A stretch of DNA of 64,000 nt from Haliotis cracherodii (Eukaryota), in contig NW_027266319.1 in the NCBI RefSeq assembly GCF_022045235.1, positions 59,024,001 through 59,088,000 on the forward strand, given 5' to 3'. Under the pieces are notes generated by a model. The model worked only from the letters and a program-made list of their open reading frames with translations. It ran no database searches and had not been told where the DNA came from. Position 1 is the stretch's first letter; the number at the start of each line of letters is the position of its first letter. A program made the position numbers and the translations under genes. Shown here in pieces: positions 25,081 through 38,346 of this stretch.

Positions 25081-26432
25081 ACAAACCAAATCAAGGTACA
25101 TCGCCTCTCACACAGAGTACTTCAAGCTATCCCCCTCAAGACCAGTCGACAACGTGTAATGTGCTTGGTATTCCTAGTAGTGTTCTACTCATATGCCTGA
25201 CTGATATGTTTGCCGATAACATATGTAAATACAGCTTGTATTTTCATTCCTTTATATCTGACACCTGACATCATGGGATATGTTGTAACATGTTGCAAAT
25301 TAGATTGTTTTAATTACATCATCATTGAATGTTTGTTTGTCATTAGGAAATGTGTATTTCATTAGTATCCATGTACATCATGGTGGCCAGTGTTTATACA
25401 TGTGTGGAGTACTTCTGGTTTATCTGACAAAGTTCAACTAATTCAGATGTTTATTTGTCGTTTAACACCACTCTCAGCAATATTCCAGCTGTATGATGGC
25501 GGTCTGTATATAATTAAGTTTGGCCCCAGACAATCCAGTGATTGACATCATGAGCATCAATTTACAAAACACACCATCGAATAACCAATTCTTGTTTGTT
25601 TCCATTTTTACCACCATCAAACATACTTTTTATTGCCCGACAGTTGATATTAAAAATCCCCTCTTGCTCACTTGGATGTTGTGTCACATACTATATTATA
25701 TTATGACAATCTAATTTGTGGCAATTTCCTAGCAACTCTTTGTTCATTGTTTATCATAGAGGATATTTTTGAATATTATGAGACATGATCTTTATCATCG
25801 TTTCCTTCTTTGTTCTGGCTCATAATCTGAAGTACATCTTTCATCCCGCATTTGACAAGATAGCCTAGCTAACGTGGCTAAATGGTTAAGTGGAAACTAA
25901 TTTTGGACACAAGATCTCTGTGTTGTCAAAGTAAGGAACACTTGTAGGAACAGGGCTCTAGACACAACAAATATAATAGAAGCTGAAATTGCTCATTTTT
26001 CTTCAGAGGGAATTTGAAATTTTAGGCCTTTGATTTCATGAGTCAGAATGCATGAAATTTGAGGAAAGTTTGTGTTTATTGAGGCCTTTTACCCTTTACT
26101 GTTAACATTGTTTCACTTGGTTAACAGATTTAATGAAATTTGGTATATGGGTGGCTGGTAGTGAGACTCAACACATTTCGCTCCGTAAATGTAGGTTGAG
26201 TGAAATTTGTTAGCTCATAAATGGAACAGTTGTTGTTGAATAAAAAAAAAAATACTAGACCAGTTTTACAATTATAAAAGCCAAAAGTTCCGGCCCCATT
26301 GTACAGTGGTAACAATTATTACGAATATTCCTTTTCATACCATTTATGGGTATTTAAGAGAGGCTAGTGTTTGGGCGCTGTTGGTTTTTGAGAGAAATAT
26401 TTGAATCACTCTTTCTCATTAAATCTGGAGCT

Positions 26433-26969
26433 GTGGTTAATAGCACAACTAACAATCCATGTTACCATGGTCTGGCAGTGGTTAATAGCACAACTAACAA
26501 TCCATGTTACCATGGTCTGGCAGTGGTTATAGCACAACTTACAATCCATGTTACCATGGTCTGGCAGTGGTTATAGCACAGCTAACAATCCATGTTACCA
26601 TGGTCTGGCAGTGGTTAATAGCACAGCTAACAATCCATGTTACCATGGTCTGGCAGTGATTATAGCACAGCTAACAATCCATGTTACCATGGTCTGGCAG
26701 TGATTATAGCACAGCTAACAATCCATGTTAGCATGGTCTGGCAGTGGTTATAGCACAACTAACAATCCATGTTACCATGGTCTGGCAGTGGTTATAGCAC
26801 AACTAACAATCCATGTTACCATGGTCTGGTAGTGGTTATAGCACAACTAACAATCCATGTTACCATGGTCTGGCAGTGGTTAATAGCACAGCTAACAATC
26901 CATGTTACCATGATCTGGCAGTGGTTATAGCACAGCTAACAATCCATGTTACCATGGTCTGGCAGTGGG
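26433..26969 (+). repeat. 44-45-bp minisatellite x12
   Basis: gtggtt(a)atagcacaactaacaatccatgttaccatggtctggca; a diverged monomer lies at ~27485-27530. Confidence 0.95.
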
Positions 26970-28417
26970 TGAATATTGCTTAACTCCGCATCTCTCAACG
27001 TGTAAGGGATGGTGAAAAAAGAACATGCAGCACATTTACTTGGTCCTTTGTTATGGCAAATTCATGGGTATCAAGTTGGGCAAATTGCTTCAGTTTCAAC
27101 AGAACAAATTCACAAGAGACAAGGAGCCTTAGTTTTTAGTCTTTCATGGTGCAAGCCATTTATGTGTGATAAACAACATGCAGTGCTGTATGTTAATGAG
27201 ATTCCTGTATACTATGTCATTGATACCTGTATTTCGATGTCTTCATCTCCATGTAATATAAACCATGTACATATATATAAAGCAATTATGGCCTCAAATG
27301 TGTTATTGAATATCTACCAAGCTAGGCTGTGGTGATAAATATGAAATATGACAAGTTTAAGGTTCATAACGGCATGCTTATTGAGTGTGGAAGGAACGAC
27401 AAGTGAATGTTGTTTGTGCTACTGTTTGCTATGCTACAGTTTCTAAAGCCTGTCTGTATGTTATGAAACTTGGAGCAGGGAAACCAGTGGTTTAATATTA
27501 TTAATAACAATCCATGTTACCTCGGTCTGTGAGTGAGTGGGTGAGTTAATATTGCTTCAATTTGTATCAGATATTGCAGCTATTTGCAGCAACTGTCTGT
27601 CAGCAAGTGTTAAACATCTTTGACATAGGCTTTGTGGATAGAGATGATGACTCGGATGATATTTCTGAAATACTGCTCGCAGTGGCAGTACACACAACAC
27701 ACAACACACCCGTAGTATTCAGATAGCTTGTAACACATACTTCGTCTCGCTGTTGATGTTGAGACAATCTGTCATAATCTGTATCTCTTGAAATTAAAAT
27801 AGTTCGGGGGTCCTGTATACGTGTCGTCGATGAACCCCTTAAACTTTTAACTTTTGCCGTTAGGATCAGGACTCAGACCCCTTGTCACACTTATGGTAAC
27901 TTCGAACGCTTTTAAACCATACATAGCAGTAATTACACGTTCTTACATAGACAAGGCCCAAAAACACAAACAATTAACATGATTATCAGATAAGACATTT
28001 AAAGAAATAACAAACAAAAAAAGATCTTTGGTTAACTCAGTTACCATGGTAACGCGCTGTATGTTATTGTCTTAAAATGTAGAGCACGTCCTGCTAGGCA
28101 GGTGTTTTCCTGGAGAGTGCCAAAACTATTTTTTTCGTCTAATTTCTAATGACTAGTTAGTGGAGACTAAGTATAGGAACTAAGGACATTTTAAGGCAGG
28201 GTTATCTGGTGGATGTGATGGCAAGGCAGATCAGTCTGTCTGTAAACATGGTGCCGCCATATCACGGGCCACAGACAGGTGTATGGATGTTTACTGGAGC
28301 CATCATCCTTGTTTATGTTTACCAGTAGACGTCAGAGTGAAGGGAGTACTGAAACACATTGCATCACCCTATTAATTTACTTGGAAACTTTACTTAGTCT
28401 TAGTCACAATTTCATTT

Positions 28418-28699
28418 GGGGGCACGGGTGGCCCAGTCGTCTAAGGCGGCTTGATTCGCTGTGCAGAGTTGCGTCCCTTGGACACGCCAGAAACCTATGA
28501 TTGTGGGTTCGAATCCCGGTTCGCCCCGATTATGTTTCTAGGTTTGTCAGCACCATACCCGTGCTCGTGGGTTTCACCGAAGTGGTAAACGTCTGAGACC
28601 TGCATCACTTCGGGCTTTCCTCCCACATTAAGCTGACACGCCGTGATATAACTGGAATACTGTTAAAAGCGGCGTAAAACCCAACTCACTCACTCACAC
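28418..28699 (+). mobile_element. tRNA-derived SINE family C (~280 bp, long A-B box spacing)
   Basis: A box tggcccagtcgtctaagg, B box ggttcgaatcc, tail shared with family A; 14-bp TSD tcacaatttcattt (28404-28417 / 28700-28713). Other copies at 13420-13700 (-), 36770-36895 (-), 37690-37870 (-), 62583-62790 (-). Confidence 0.9.
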
Positions 28700-29390
28700 T
28701 CACAATTTCATTTATTTGGTGTATCATAATGACATGTATGTAATGTATATAGCTCAATGTCACTACAGTCTGAAATTCTTCGTCTTTATTGTAAATGTGT
28801 TAAGAATTATTGATTGCATCATGGAACATGATGTAATGCTAACGTATATTTTTTAGCAGCATGAGCATATTGAATTGATATTTAATTATCTCCCAAAGTG
28901 GTTTGGTTTCATTTGAAGTGTTCATAATATGTAGGAATCAAACATTCTATATTATGAATACATCTGTTTTCTGATGTATCAGAGGGCAAATGTGGGTCTG
29001 TGGTCTGAGGCCCCTAAGCAAAGCAGAGTTGCTTCCCTTGGTTGTGCCAGGAATCACTTTTTGTGGCAAAATCATTGATTTTTGAACCATGGTCTATCAG
29101 CAGTGTACCCATGATCACAGGTTTAACAAACTGTAATCATCTACCATCTGCGTCACAGCAGTCTTTCCTCCAACATTGAGCCATGATTTAACTGAATCAC
29201 TGTTCAGAGCGTTTAACCAAACCTCTTCTTTCATATGATTATGTAATTTTGAACATTCGAGGAAATGGTTAGTTATTGCAACAGAGTCTTGGAGATGGCA
29301 GGTATGATGGTGCTGTTGCTAAAGCATTCAGCTTACTGTCATGTCATGTTGAAATCATTTCACATCTAATCCCTATGTTTCTGTTTCCAG

Positions 29391-29769
29391 GGTCAAACAA
29401 TGACCGGGGCCCTGATAAAAGCCCAATTCGGTCAGCAAGAACCACAGAAACCCGGTGTGGGGGTCAATCGGATACCCAGTCGCCGTGTCCACGAAACGGC
29501 CAAAATTCCCCTGCCGAAGCGACACCTAGTGGCAGTGCACCCGCGGAGGGTGACATCGAAGGTGTCGAGGGAGGTGAAGACGGAAAGGTTCTTCTTAGTT
29601 CAGGTTGGAATACTGCACTAGCTGCAGCAGCCGGTGCCGCAACCATGACTCGCAAACGTGCCAACATGAGGAAACAACAAAACCAAAATGTGCGCCCGCA
29701 GCGGGCATTGTTCTGTCTCCGCTTGAATAACCCAATCAGAAAGCTGTGCATCCGGGTTGTGGAATGGAG
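29391..29769 (+). CDS. CACNA1D: L-type voltage-gated calcium channel alpha-1 subunit (Cav1, CACNA1C/D-like), N-terminal exon up to start of IS1
   Basis: Acceptor ctgtttccag|GG. Translation ends [25 protein letters not shown](R), the Cav1 pre-IS1 signature (cf. RP.RALFCL.L.NPIR..CI.IVEWK), and contains [10 protein letters not shown] (NSCaTE-like). Followed by U12 donor ATATCCTTT. The symbol is nominal: invertebrates have a single Cav1 co-orthologous to CACNA1C/D/F/S. Confidence 0.93.
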
Positions 29770-29778
29770 ATATCCTTT
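29770..29778 (+). promoter_or_regulatory. U12-type (minor spliceosome) AT-AC 5' splice site
   Basis: Exact ATATCCTTT consensus immediately after GAA TGG AG, the position where Cav alpha-1 genes are known to carry an AT-AC intron. The reading frame stops shortly after if read through. Confidence 0.9.
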
Positions 29779-30310
29779 ACATAATTAATGCAATATGATA
29801 AGTACCTGTATGTCATACTGACAGTATGGTAAGTGCATTCACCTCTTTGTGTCTTTTGAAAGCATGTTTACAGTTTAGTGCAGAAATACAAAGCTTTTCA
29901 GAATCAATGATGGATGGTGGTCGTTCATTCACTTGATTTTTAGAAACCCTATAGATCTTTTACTTAGCTAGTACATTTGGTGTACATGGAAAACTTTGTG
30001 TGCTTTTTATTAATGTATTTGTTGGTCAATCCTCGCACGCATTTCTTTCAGGAACCATTGGAGTACCATGGACAACAATGGGAAATGTTGCAGTGAATTG
30101 TGGAAATATTGTTTTTCTTTACCGTTTTTTGGAATACATTACATTTGTCCGGTATCTTCAGTCAGAGTTCATCACATGGTGATATTAGGAAGCTGTGATC
30201 TGCGGCATCAGGAGGTTATTTTGGTTCATGTCACTGTCTTGACCTGACACGCCACACTTTCAAAGGTCAAGTGAGCTTTTGTCAGGGCTTGCTCATCTGG
30301 TGTCTGTCTT

Positions 30311-30949
30311 CCTTTTCTTCTTCTCCAAGCAATCCCTTTTCTTCTTCTCCATGCAATCCCTTTTCTTCTTCTCCATGCAATCCCTTTTCTTCTTCTCCAA
30401 GCAATCCGATTTCTTCTTCTCCATGCAATCCCTTTTCTTCTTCTCCAAGCAATCCCATTTCTTCTCCATGCAATCCCTTTTCTTCTTCTCCAAGCAATCC
30501 CATTTCTTCTTCTCCATGCAATTTCTTTTTTCTTCTCCATGCAATCCCTTTTCTTCTTCTCCAAGCAATCCCATTTCTTCTCCATGCAATCCCTTTTCTT
30601 CTTCTCCAAGCAATCCCTTTTCTTCTTTTCCAAGCAATCCCATTTCTTCTTCTGCATGCAATCCCTTTTTTTCTTCTCCATGCAATCCGCTTTCTTTTTC
30701 TCCATGCAATCCCATTTCTTCTCCATGCAATCCCTTTTTCTTCTTCTCTATGCAATCCCATTTCTTCTTCTCCATGCAATCCCTTTTTTTCTTCTCCATG
30801 CAATCCGCTTTCTTTTTCTCCATGCAATCCGATTTCTTCTTCTCCAAGCAATCCCTTTTCTTCTTCTCCAAGCAATCCCTTTTCTTTTTCTCCAAGTAAT
30901 CCCTTTTCTTCTTCTCCATGCGATTCGTTTTCTTCTTTTCCAAGCAATC
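30311..30949 (+). repeat. 21-24-bp pyrimidine-rich minisatellite
   Basis: ccttttcttcttctcca(a/t)gcaatc repeated ~27 times. Confidence 0.95.
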
Positions 30950-33189
30950 CGGGGAAGCTTTGCATCATCCAGTGTTCAAAGTGGCCACCATTTCAGCCAT
31001 ATCTGAAAACCTGTCTATGGACATACAAATTTTGGCATTAAGTGGGAGTCAGTATGTCCATTTATTTTGGTCTTGGTTTGACCAGTTCATTTTAACCATG
31101 CTTTCAAATGCAGTGCACTCTTTCTCTTTGAACATTTTGTGGAGCTGAAACTTTGTGGGATAATTTAGAAACAGAGGGATAAAGAATTTGCTTTGTTTGT
31201 TGCTACATTAAATTCAAAATGGGTACCAGATATTGATTTTAGTGTCCATTTTTGCCATGAACCATTTTTTCCAAATAATGAATTTTGAAAAGTATTCATT
31301 GGAGTTCATTTTTACCAGGTAATGAATTTTGAAAAGTATGCATTGGAGTTCATTTTTCCAGATAATGAATTTTGTAAAGTAAGCTCTGGAGTTTTTTTGT
31401 TTTTTTATCATTGTATTTTTACAATTTGACCTTGCATTATTGATTTTGTCCTGCTGTAGTCAGTGAAATGGGTCATACTCAGTGGTTTTTATGTATGACC
31501 ATCACTTAATGAATGAGCGACAACGATTATCAGTTGTTACCTGAAGAAAGTGGTCGTGTTTGTTGGACAGTCACAGCTACAGTGACATGCCACTAGTTAT
31601 GTTAGTAAGATATGTATATTTGACCCTGTTTAAGGGATGTCTGTTATAGGAACATGATAAGCATAGTAGGAGAAGGATTTGGCTCCAGGGTGATAGTGCT
31701 CTTTTCCTGTATCATTGGTTTTTTTTTAGTAATATCTAATGTTTTACTTGAAGAGATCATATCATGTTTATGATCATATCAGTGAAATACAATAAACTAT
31801 GGTTATAACAAACACAAAGAGATCGCTAATTTTAGTTCATAATAACCGTAGTTCGTTATCTGCGTATATAAAGCATATTATATAGAAAGATGATTGGTTT
31901 GTTTGTCAACAGTTTATGCAGTGCTGTAGCCAGCCGGGGGGCCAGGGGTTGCAGTTGTGCGCCCCCCCCCCCCCCTGATTTTTTTATAGAAATGTTTTAT
32001 TTGAATCAAGTTGGGGACAAGTGATACTTGTACAAATATTTGCCCCCCCTGTCAAAAAAACTTAACTATGGCCATGCTAAGTCATGTCAAGCTGTTTGGT
32101 TTTTTAAGTAATCTTATTTCATTACAAGGATTTAGTGAAATACAACATCAGTGAAATACAAGATACTTCGTCCATTAGCATTAGCTATAACTATAAAAAC
32201 ATGAACGAGGAAATGTTTTATTTCTGTTTGCTGCACACTTAGGGCTGAACATCTGCCTCTGAGTAGGTTGAGACAAATCCTTGCTTTAGGGGTCATTACA
32301 TCATCGTGAAAAGCAAAGATACAGAATCTCTAACTTATTTTTTGTAGTTGACTTTTGTCCACAGTTACATGTAGTAAACATTCACATTCCAGTTTGCACA
32401 ACATCCAATATCTCAGTATAAAGGCCAATAACTCAGACAACCAAATGTATGAGTTGTCCCCCTTGTTTCCAAGGTGTTTAGGTTCATCTTCTGCGTTATG
32501 ACTGGGCAGTTATTGTGCAAAATCGATTTTTTATTTGATAGTCACAGGTCTTTCAACGTTGATAATCCAAGGCCATCAAACAAATTTTGAATGATTTTTT
32601 ATTTCCCTGTGTATTAATCGTATCCCAATTGCGTTAAAGCTCATGATGTCAATCAATCACTAGATTGTCTGGTCCAGACTCGATTATTTACAGATCGACG
32701 TCATAAAGCTGGAAAATTGCTGAGTGCAGCGAAAAACAGCAAACAAACGAAACAAATCTATGAATTAATTATACATACTCAGAATTATTTTTTGTCAGTA
32801 TTGTTGACGTCATCAACAACCTAACACCCTCTGGGACAGTGCTCTAGATGAGACTTCAGTGTGTACTTGGATAGGACGAGACAGTGGAATCTTAATGACA
32901 TTCGCCCTAATTAGCTTCCTTATTGGCCTCAGTCGGCAAGGCTTGTTATCAAATGCTGCAAGTTGAGCTGCAAGGGTTTGCCTCCTGTGAGGAATGAAGA
33001 GGGCTGAGGTGTATCTATGTATCATCTATCACTTCCATCCTTAGGGGTAGTGAAATAGGAGACTTTCAGTCATTTCTTCACCAAAACTACAAAATTTGTT
33101 GAGTTTTTAGCGCATCAGTGACGTGGATGACGATAGAACACAAAGAATGCAAATGTGATGTTTATTCATTCATGAAAATGAGGATATAT

Positions 33190-33345
33190 GTAAGAGTTAT
33201 GTTGAATCATTAGAATGATGACGATGATGATGATGATGATAAAAATGATGATAATGATGATGCAAGAGTAATGTTGAATCATTAGAATGACGACAATGAT
33301 GATGATGATGATGATGATGACAATGATGGATGCAAGAGTAATGTT
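33190..33345 (+). repeat. (GAT)n microsatellite in a duplicated context
   Basis: tgttgaatcattagaatga-(gat)n-gcaagagtaa occurs twice. Confidence 0.9.
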
Positions 33346-33632
33346 TAATAATGAAAGTCCATTCATAATGACAGATGAACAAAAGAATGCTGTGTCATGA
33401 AATGTAAGATATGAGTAGAAGGATTGCAGCAGCGACGTGCAGACATGCATACAGCTGTGTAGCTGATGTGCACATGCACACGTTTCTCTGCCTCTTCAGA
33501 TAAGAATGTCCTAACTTTGCGTGTTGAGCAGGACCTACAGCATGCCTCCTGTGTAAATAAACCTAACACTTACAAGGAAGTGACTAGCAATGTAAAGCAT
33601 ACTACCTAGCTGGAGAGCTGGCTATGCATATC

Positions 33633-33980
33633 ACAGAGGTCGATAATCGCGACTTAATGTCGATAATTATTGGTAAATTATCGGTTCAGAGAAATAACTT
33701 TGAACGTACATTGTATATGCAAAAAAGTCCAAACGAAATCAACACACTTCACTCCTTTGATTACTTTGTGGACATTTGAGATATAACAAAAACAGTTACT
33801 CTCCATCTTCGGCTAATGACATAAGTGACAAAAACAAGTCTGTTTTGGTAAATCTAAACTTTCTTTCATCACAATAGTTTATGTAAGTTATTATCGATGA
33901 CACAATTTGTATATTGATAATCGCTAATATTTCTTCCCATCAACGATAATTCCGATTATCAATCTTTTTAGCCAGCGCTA
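33633..33980. mobile_element. Degenerate DNA-transposon remnant with cgataat/attatcg subterminal repeats
   Basis: Clusters of cgataat at both ends in inverted arrangement; termini eroded. Confidence 0.45.
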
Positions 33981-35433
33981 TGCAGCTGTATGTAAAACTT
34001 TCACACAGCATCTGTATCATGAGTGAGGTCAAATTAGTGCATCAGTCACCAGGGTTTAAACAGTGCTGTGATGCTCGTCCAATATGTCAACACTCTCCCT
34101 GTTTGTATGACCCTTAAGATGCTGTTATTGGTCTCTAGAGAGTTGTAGTGAGAGTTTCGTTTATGATTATATTGATTTTGATAGATTCTACGTATTCTAC
34201 ATATTTAATGGTGTCACAACTGATTAACATTATCTGCCATGAATTTTGCAGCATTTCTTGAGTAAGTCGTTTCAGTCGTAAAGTTCACAGACGTCATATT
34301 TCCATTTAACTAAGCTGGGTCTTGTAACATTCTTCTCTAATCTCTCCAGTTTTAGCATCCGATTTCAGCTGATGCAAATGGACCTTTATCGTAGCAATGA
34401 ATCTTTTTTAAGTGGGGAGTCTGGATTAAATGAGATTTTGCTTTCATGGACATTTTCAAAATATGCAGTATCATATCACCTGGAAGATGTAAATTAATTG
34501 GCGACACCAAGGATTCTCAGACTACAAGGATGTCTTGTTCAGACTGATATGTGCAATCAATGCTTCCAAGTTACCATGGCAACGCATGTATTTCGAACAC
34601 ATGGTGCCCTGCTTTGTGTGTGTTTTTAATTTGTGGAGGATATGTTAGTCCCGGATTTGTTATGTCTCTGCTATCATCTTTCTCCTGTCTTCACCAGAAA
34701 CCTAATATTTCATGGGGAAGGGTATCATGTTCGTGTTAATGCAGCATTGGGTCTCGTGACACTGTTTTGGATAGTGTAGGTAACTGTGTTATTCCCAGTA
34801 TATCTTATACTGTAATGGGATGCGATTGTGCAGCATGCATTGTGTGCTGTAACACTGTAGCACAATGTGCATCCTGCAAGCATTATTCTCTGCTGTCACA
34901 CTTTGTGGCATTGTTGCAGGGACATTGACTCTCTGGAGAGATGCTATTATCATACATGCTGATACAGTCAATTTACCATTCCACAAATGCATTATTAATA
35001 TTTTCAGAATCCGATAATGAATGGAAGAAATGTGCCATTTAACGGTCATTTGACACGACTCTTAAGCATGCCTAATCTATTTTACATAAGTTGCATATAG
35101 GTTATATATATATAAGTGTTGTTGATAAATATTCTCTATATTATATATGTGTGTTTGTTGTTATAAGCCACACTCAGCAATATTCCATCTATATGATGGC
35201 AGCCTGTAAATAATCAAGTTGGGACAAGACAGTTATGTGATTGATATTGTGAGAAGTGGGGTACGATATCCTCAAGCCTGACCATCCGATCTATTAAGTC
35301 ACTTCTTACGACCTCTTGTAATCCGGATTCCACTTTGGCGATATGTTTTTTAAAATCATGTGTCATCATGGTCATCTTGTATATACCAGTGCATACATGA
35401 TTTAGTAAAGTATATGGTTGGGAATATTGAGTA

Positions 35434-35780
35434 CTGTATTCGACGTAAAAAGCGCCCCTCTCTAATGAGCGCCCACGGCGATATTTGCTAATATATTGGC
35501 TAGTGAACAATTCCAATTAGCACCCCTTCCGATTGATCAATGTACACAAGACTTATTTATTCGCGTATAATACGAATTCGTGTATTATATGTACCCTTAA
35601 TTATGGGCAGTTAAATTCTTGAAAAATGTATCTCTTGTATATAAACATTTCAGGCTGTCAGCATAAACCACAAAATTCATCTTTTAACTCTGTTTTTTTT
35701 TCCACCAAAATAATATGCTAATAAGACCCCCCTATTTCTAAATTTGAGAGTGCCCTGGGCGCTTATTACGTCGAATACGG
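35434..35780. mobile_element. Tc1/mariner/pogo-type MITE
   Basis: ~23-bp TIR ctgtattcgacgtaaaaagcgccc / gggcgcttattacgtcgaatacgg; TA on the left, TT on the right. Confidence 0.75.
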
Positions 35781-37423
35781 TTTATTGCTTGGAAGATGAG
35801 TAAATAGTTTAGAATATGGAGTATATGGTTGAGAATATGGAGTATATGGAAGGGAATATGGAGTATATGGTTGAGAATATGGAGTATATTGCCTGGAATA
35901 TGGATGTATTATATCTGTAAATTATGATAATAGAATTACAGATGGTTATTCCCCATGAAGACCTTGATTAGAATTGGTCGATAGCAACCCATACTTGTCG
36001 TAAGAGGTGACTAACAAGAGCAGGTGGTGATACTTGTTGACTTAGATGATGCATGTCATTGTATCCCAATTGCTCATGACGTCAATCACTTGTCTGGTCC
36101 AAAATCGATTATTTACAGACTGCTGTCACATAGATGGAATATTACAGAGTGTGTTGTTAAACAACAGTCAAACATCAGATAGGGATAGTCTTTAAGCCAA
36201 GATCAAGCAACTTGTCACTGGATTATTTCTAGGAGATTTTAATGTTCATCAGTAAAGTTTATGAGACTGATAGAAATATTTGTAGACCCAAGATTTGGAC
36301 TAATGGCTAAAAGTTGTATACTGGATATATATTTTATTCAGAGGCTATATCTTGGGATTCCTTTCTGTATTTGAATGACCCAGATTACTGTCAATAACAT
36401 TGTCTTGATCCATTATTCATTGTATTTGTTTAGTGCTAAAAGGGTGTCGGTGTCATCAGAATAGGCTGGTCCCTTATATACGCAGAACATTGTTGAACTT
36501 ACGGGCTGGTATTAGCCTTGGGGACATATGAAAGGGGTGCACAGCGTTCAGTGAACATCTTTTTTCCTGTTTTTTCTTTCCACTTACCAATGACAATTAG
36601 TTCAGGTGTTATGAGCGTCCTCAATCTGAAGTCAGGTCTTCTTTCCACAAACAGATCTTAGCACTAAGGTGATCGTAACTTCCATACTTTGATATAGATT
36701 TACGACAGTTGCAGTGCTAAGATTCCTTTGTGAAATCGGCCCAGTTGCATCTTTAAAACAGGCTAACAATTTGTCGGGAATATTGTTTCTTAATGTGGGA
36801 GGAAAGCTTGATGTGATTGCAGTCTCAGACGTTTACCACTTCTGTGAAACCCACAAGCACTGGTATGATACTGAGAAACCTAGAAACTTAATCGGAAATG
36901 TATGTAAAAAAATGAAAGCTTATGAACCTTCATTATCATCATCTAAAAGTGTACCATCAAGGAAGCAATGCTGAAGTAATTGCTACATAGAGCATGACCT
37001 GTTGTGTATTTAATCAGGGCTAACAATGCTAATAACCGTGGTTGCAGTACACAAGATTAATCATAATACAGGCTACAGTCATTATCAGCCTTAAGTGCTG
37101 CTGCTTATATCACTATTAAAAAATACTGACGTTCCTAATCAGGCGACATAATTTGCTTAATTGGCCTTAAGTGTCAGCTGGTAAAATGTTGGTTGATATC
37201 AGAGATGCTGAAGGAAGAATGATTTTATCAAGCTTTATAAGTTCATGAGGGAGTGAGAGAATTTTGTCAGCAATATTTCAGCTGTTGTCGTGGGTGACGG
37301 CATGGCCAGCGTTCCACACCACTGGAGTATGAATGCGCATTGAGACCACCTGATTGAATTAGTTTGCTAACAGGTTATACTGCCACATTAAACAGCTTTT
37401 CCGTTATATCATGATGGTTCAGC

Positions 37424-37685
37424 TTGAGTAAGTGAGTGAGTATGGTTTTATGTGGCTTTTAGCAATATTCCAGCAATATCATGGCGGGGACACCAGGAAT
37501 GAGCTTCACACATTGTACCCAGGGCCCATTTGCACAAAGCGATCTTAGCGCTAAGACTATTGTAAGCTTATGTTAAAGTATGGGAGTTATGATCATCTTA
37601 GCGCTAAGATCCCTTTCTGCAAGTGGGCCCTGGTCTTTGGCATGACGAGCTAACGGTTTAACCACTAGGCTACCCGACTGCCCCC
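37424..37685 (-). mobile_element. SINE family A copy interrupted by a palindromic MITE (37520-37632)
   Basis: SINE halves flank a hairpin element; ~20 bp of SINE B-box region is missing at the junction. Confidence 0.8.
37520..37632. mobile_element. Palindromic MITE, PIF/Harbinger-like ends (CAG GGCCC...GGGCC CTG)
   Basis: ~35-bp inverted repeats containing cttagcgctaag; relatives at ~36633-36743, 39300-39633 (split by a SINE B) and ~44218-44320. Confidence 0.7.
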
Positions 37686-38285
37686 GGGTCAGCTTGATAT
37701 GGGAGGAAAGAGCAAAGTGATGCATGTCTCAGATGTTTACACGGGTATGATGCTGACTGACCGAGAAACATAATCAGGCTGAACCGGAATTCGAACCACA
37801 ACTGGCAAGCCCAAGGGATGCAACTCTGCACAACGAATTGCGGCACCTTAAGCGACTAGGCCGTCCATGCCGACAGTACTAGTAAACTAAGCACATGATT
37901 TCCTGAACTATTAACTATGTGTAATTGAATAATAGCTTTGTCAAGTATTCATGCTCTCGCCATGGTATTGATAGCGGAATGTAGCAATAATACTAACATC
38001 TGTATGAGTGGTAGAAACTGTTCTTAAAGTACAGCGACCTCTTGTTCGGGTACCTTGAATTCCATTAGCTTAATATGTTGTTTAGGACAATGTGAAACAT
38101 TGTATGTTGTGAATCTTAATAGCTGTATAGTCTAGTATTGACTTGTCTCAAATTATAGATAAGTCAATATATTATTAAAAATCGAAAGGATTCAACATGC
38201 TGAGCGAATGAACTTGTGCAGTATTTTATTTTGTTAACAGAACACTGGGACTTCTTTCGAAAATAGTACCAATCCCGCTCTTACA

Positions 38286-38346
38286 GGTGCGGTGTGGTGT
38301 GGTGTGGTGTGGTGCGGGGCGGGGCGGGGCGGGGCGGTGTGGTGTG
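38286..38346 (+). repeat. (GTGTG)n/(GGGGC)n compound microsatellite
   Basis: Read directly; four GGGG runs at ~38316-38334. Confidence 0.9.

Noticed and set aside
29276-29390. N-terminal part of the 170-aa ORF as coding
   Set aside because: Starts at TTG and lies upstream of a clear polypyrimidine/AG acceptor at 29390, so it is intronic read-through. The RYPLHN* end is likewise intronic.
30226-31041. Overlapping 150-256 aa low-complexity ORFs on both strands
   Set aside because: Products of the 24-bp minisatellite, open in almost all frames.
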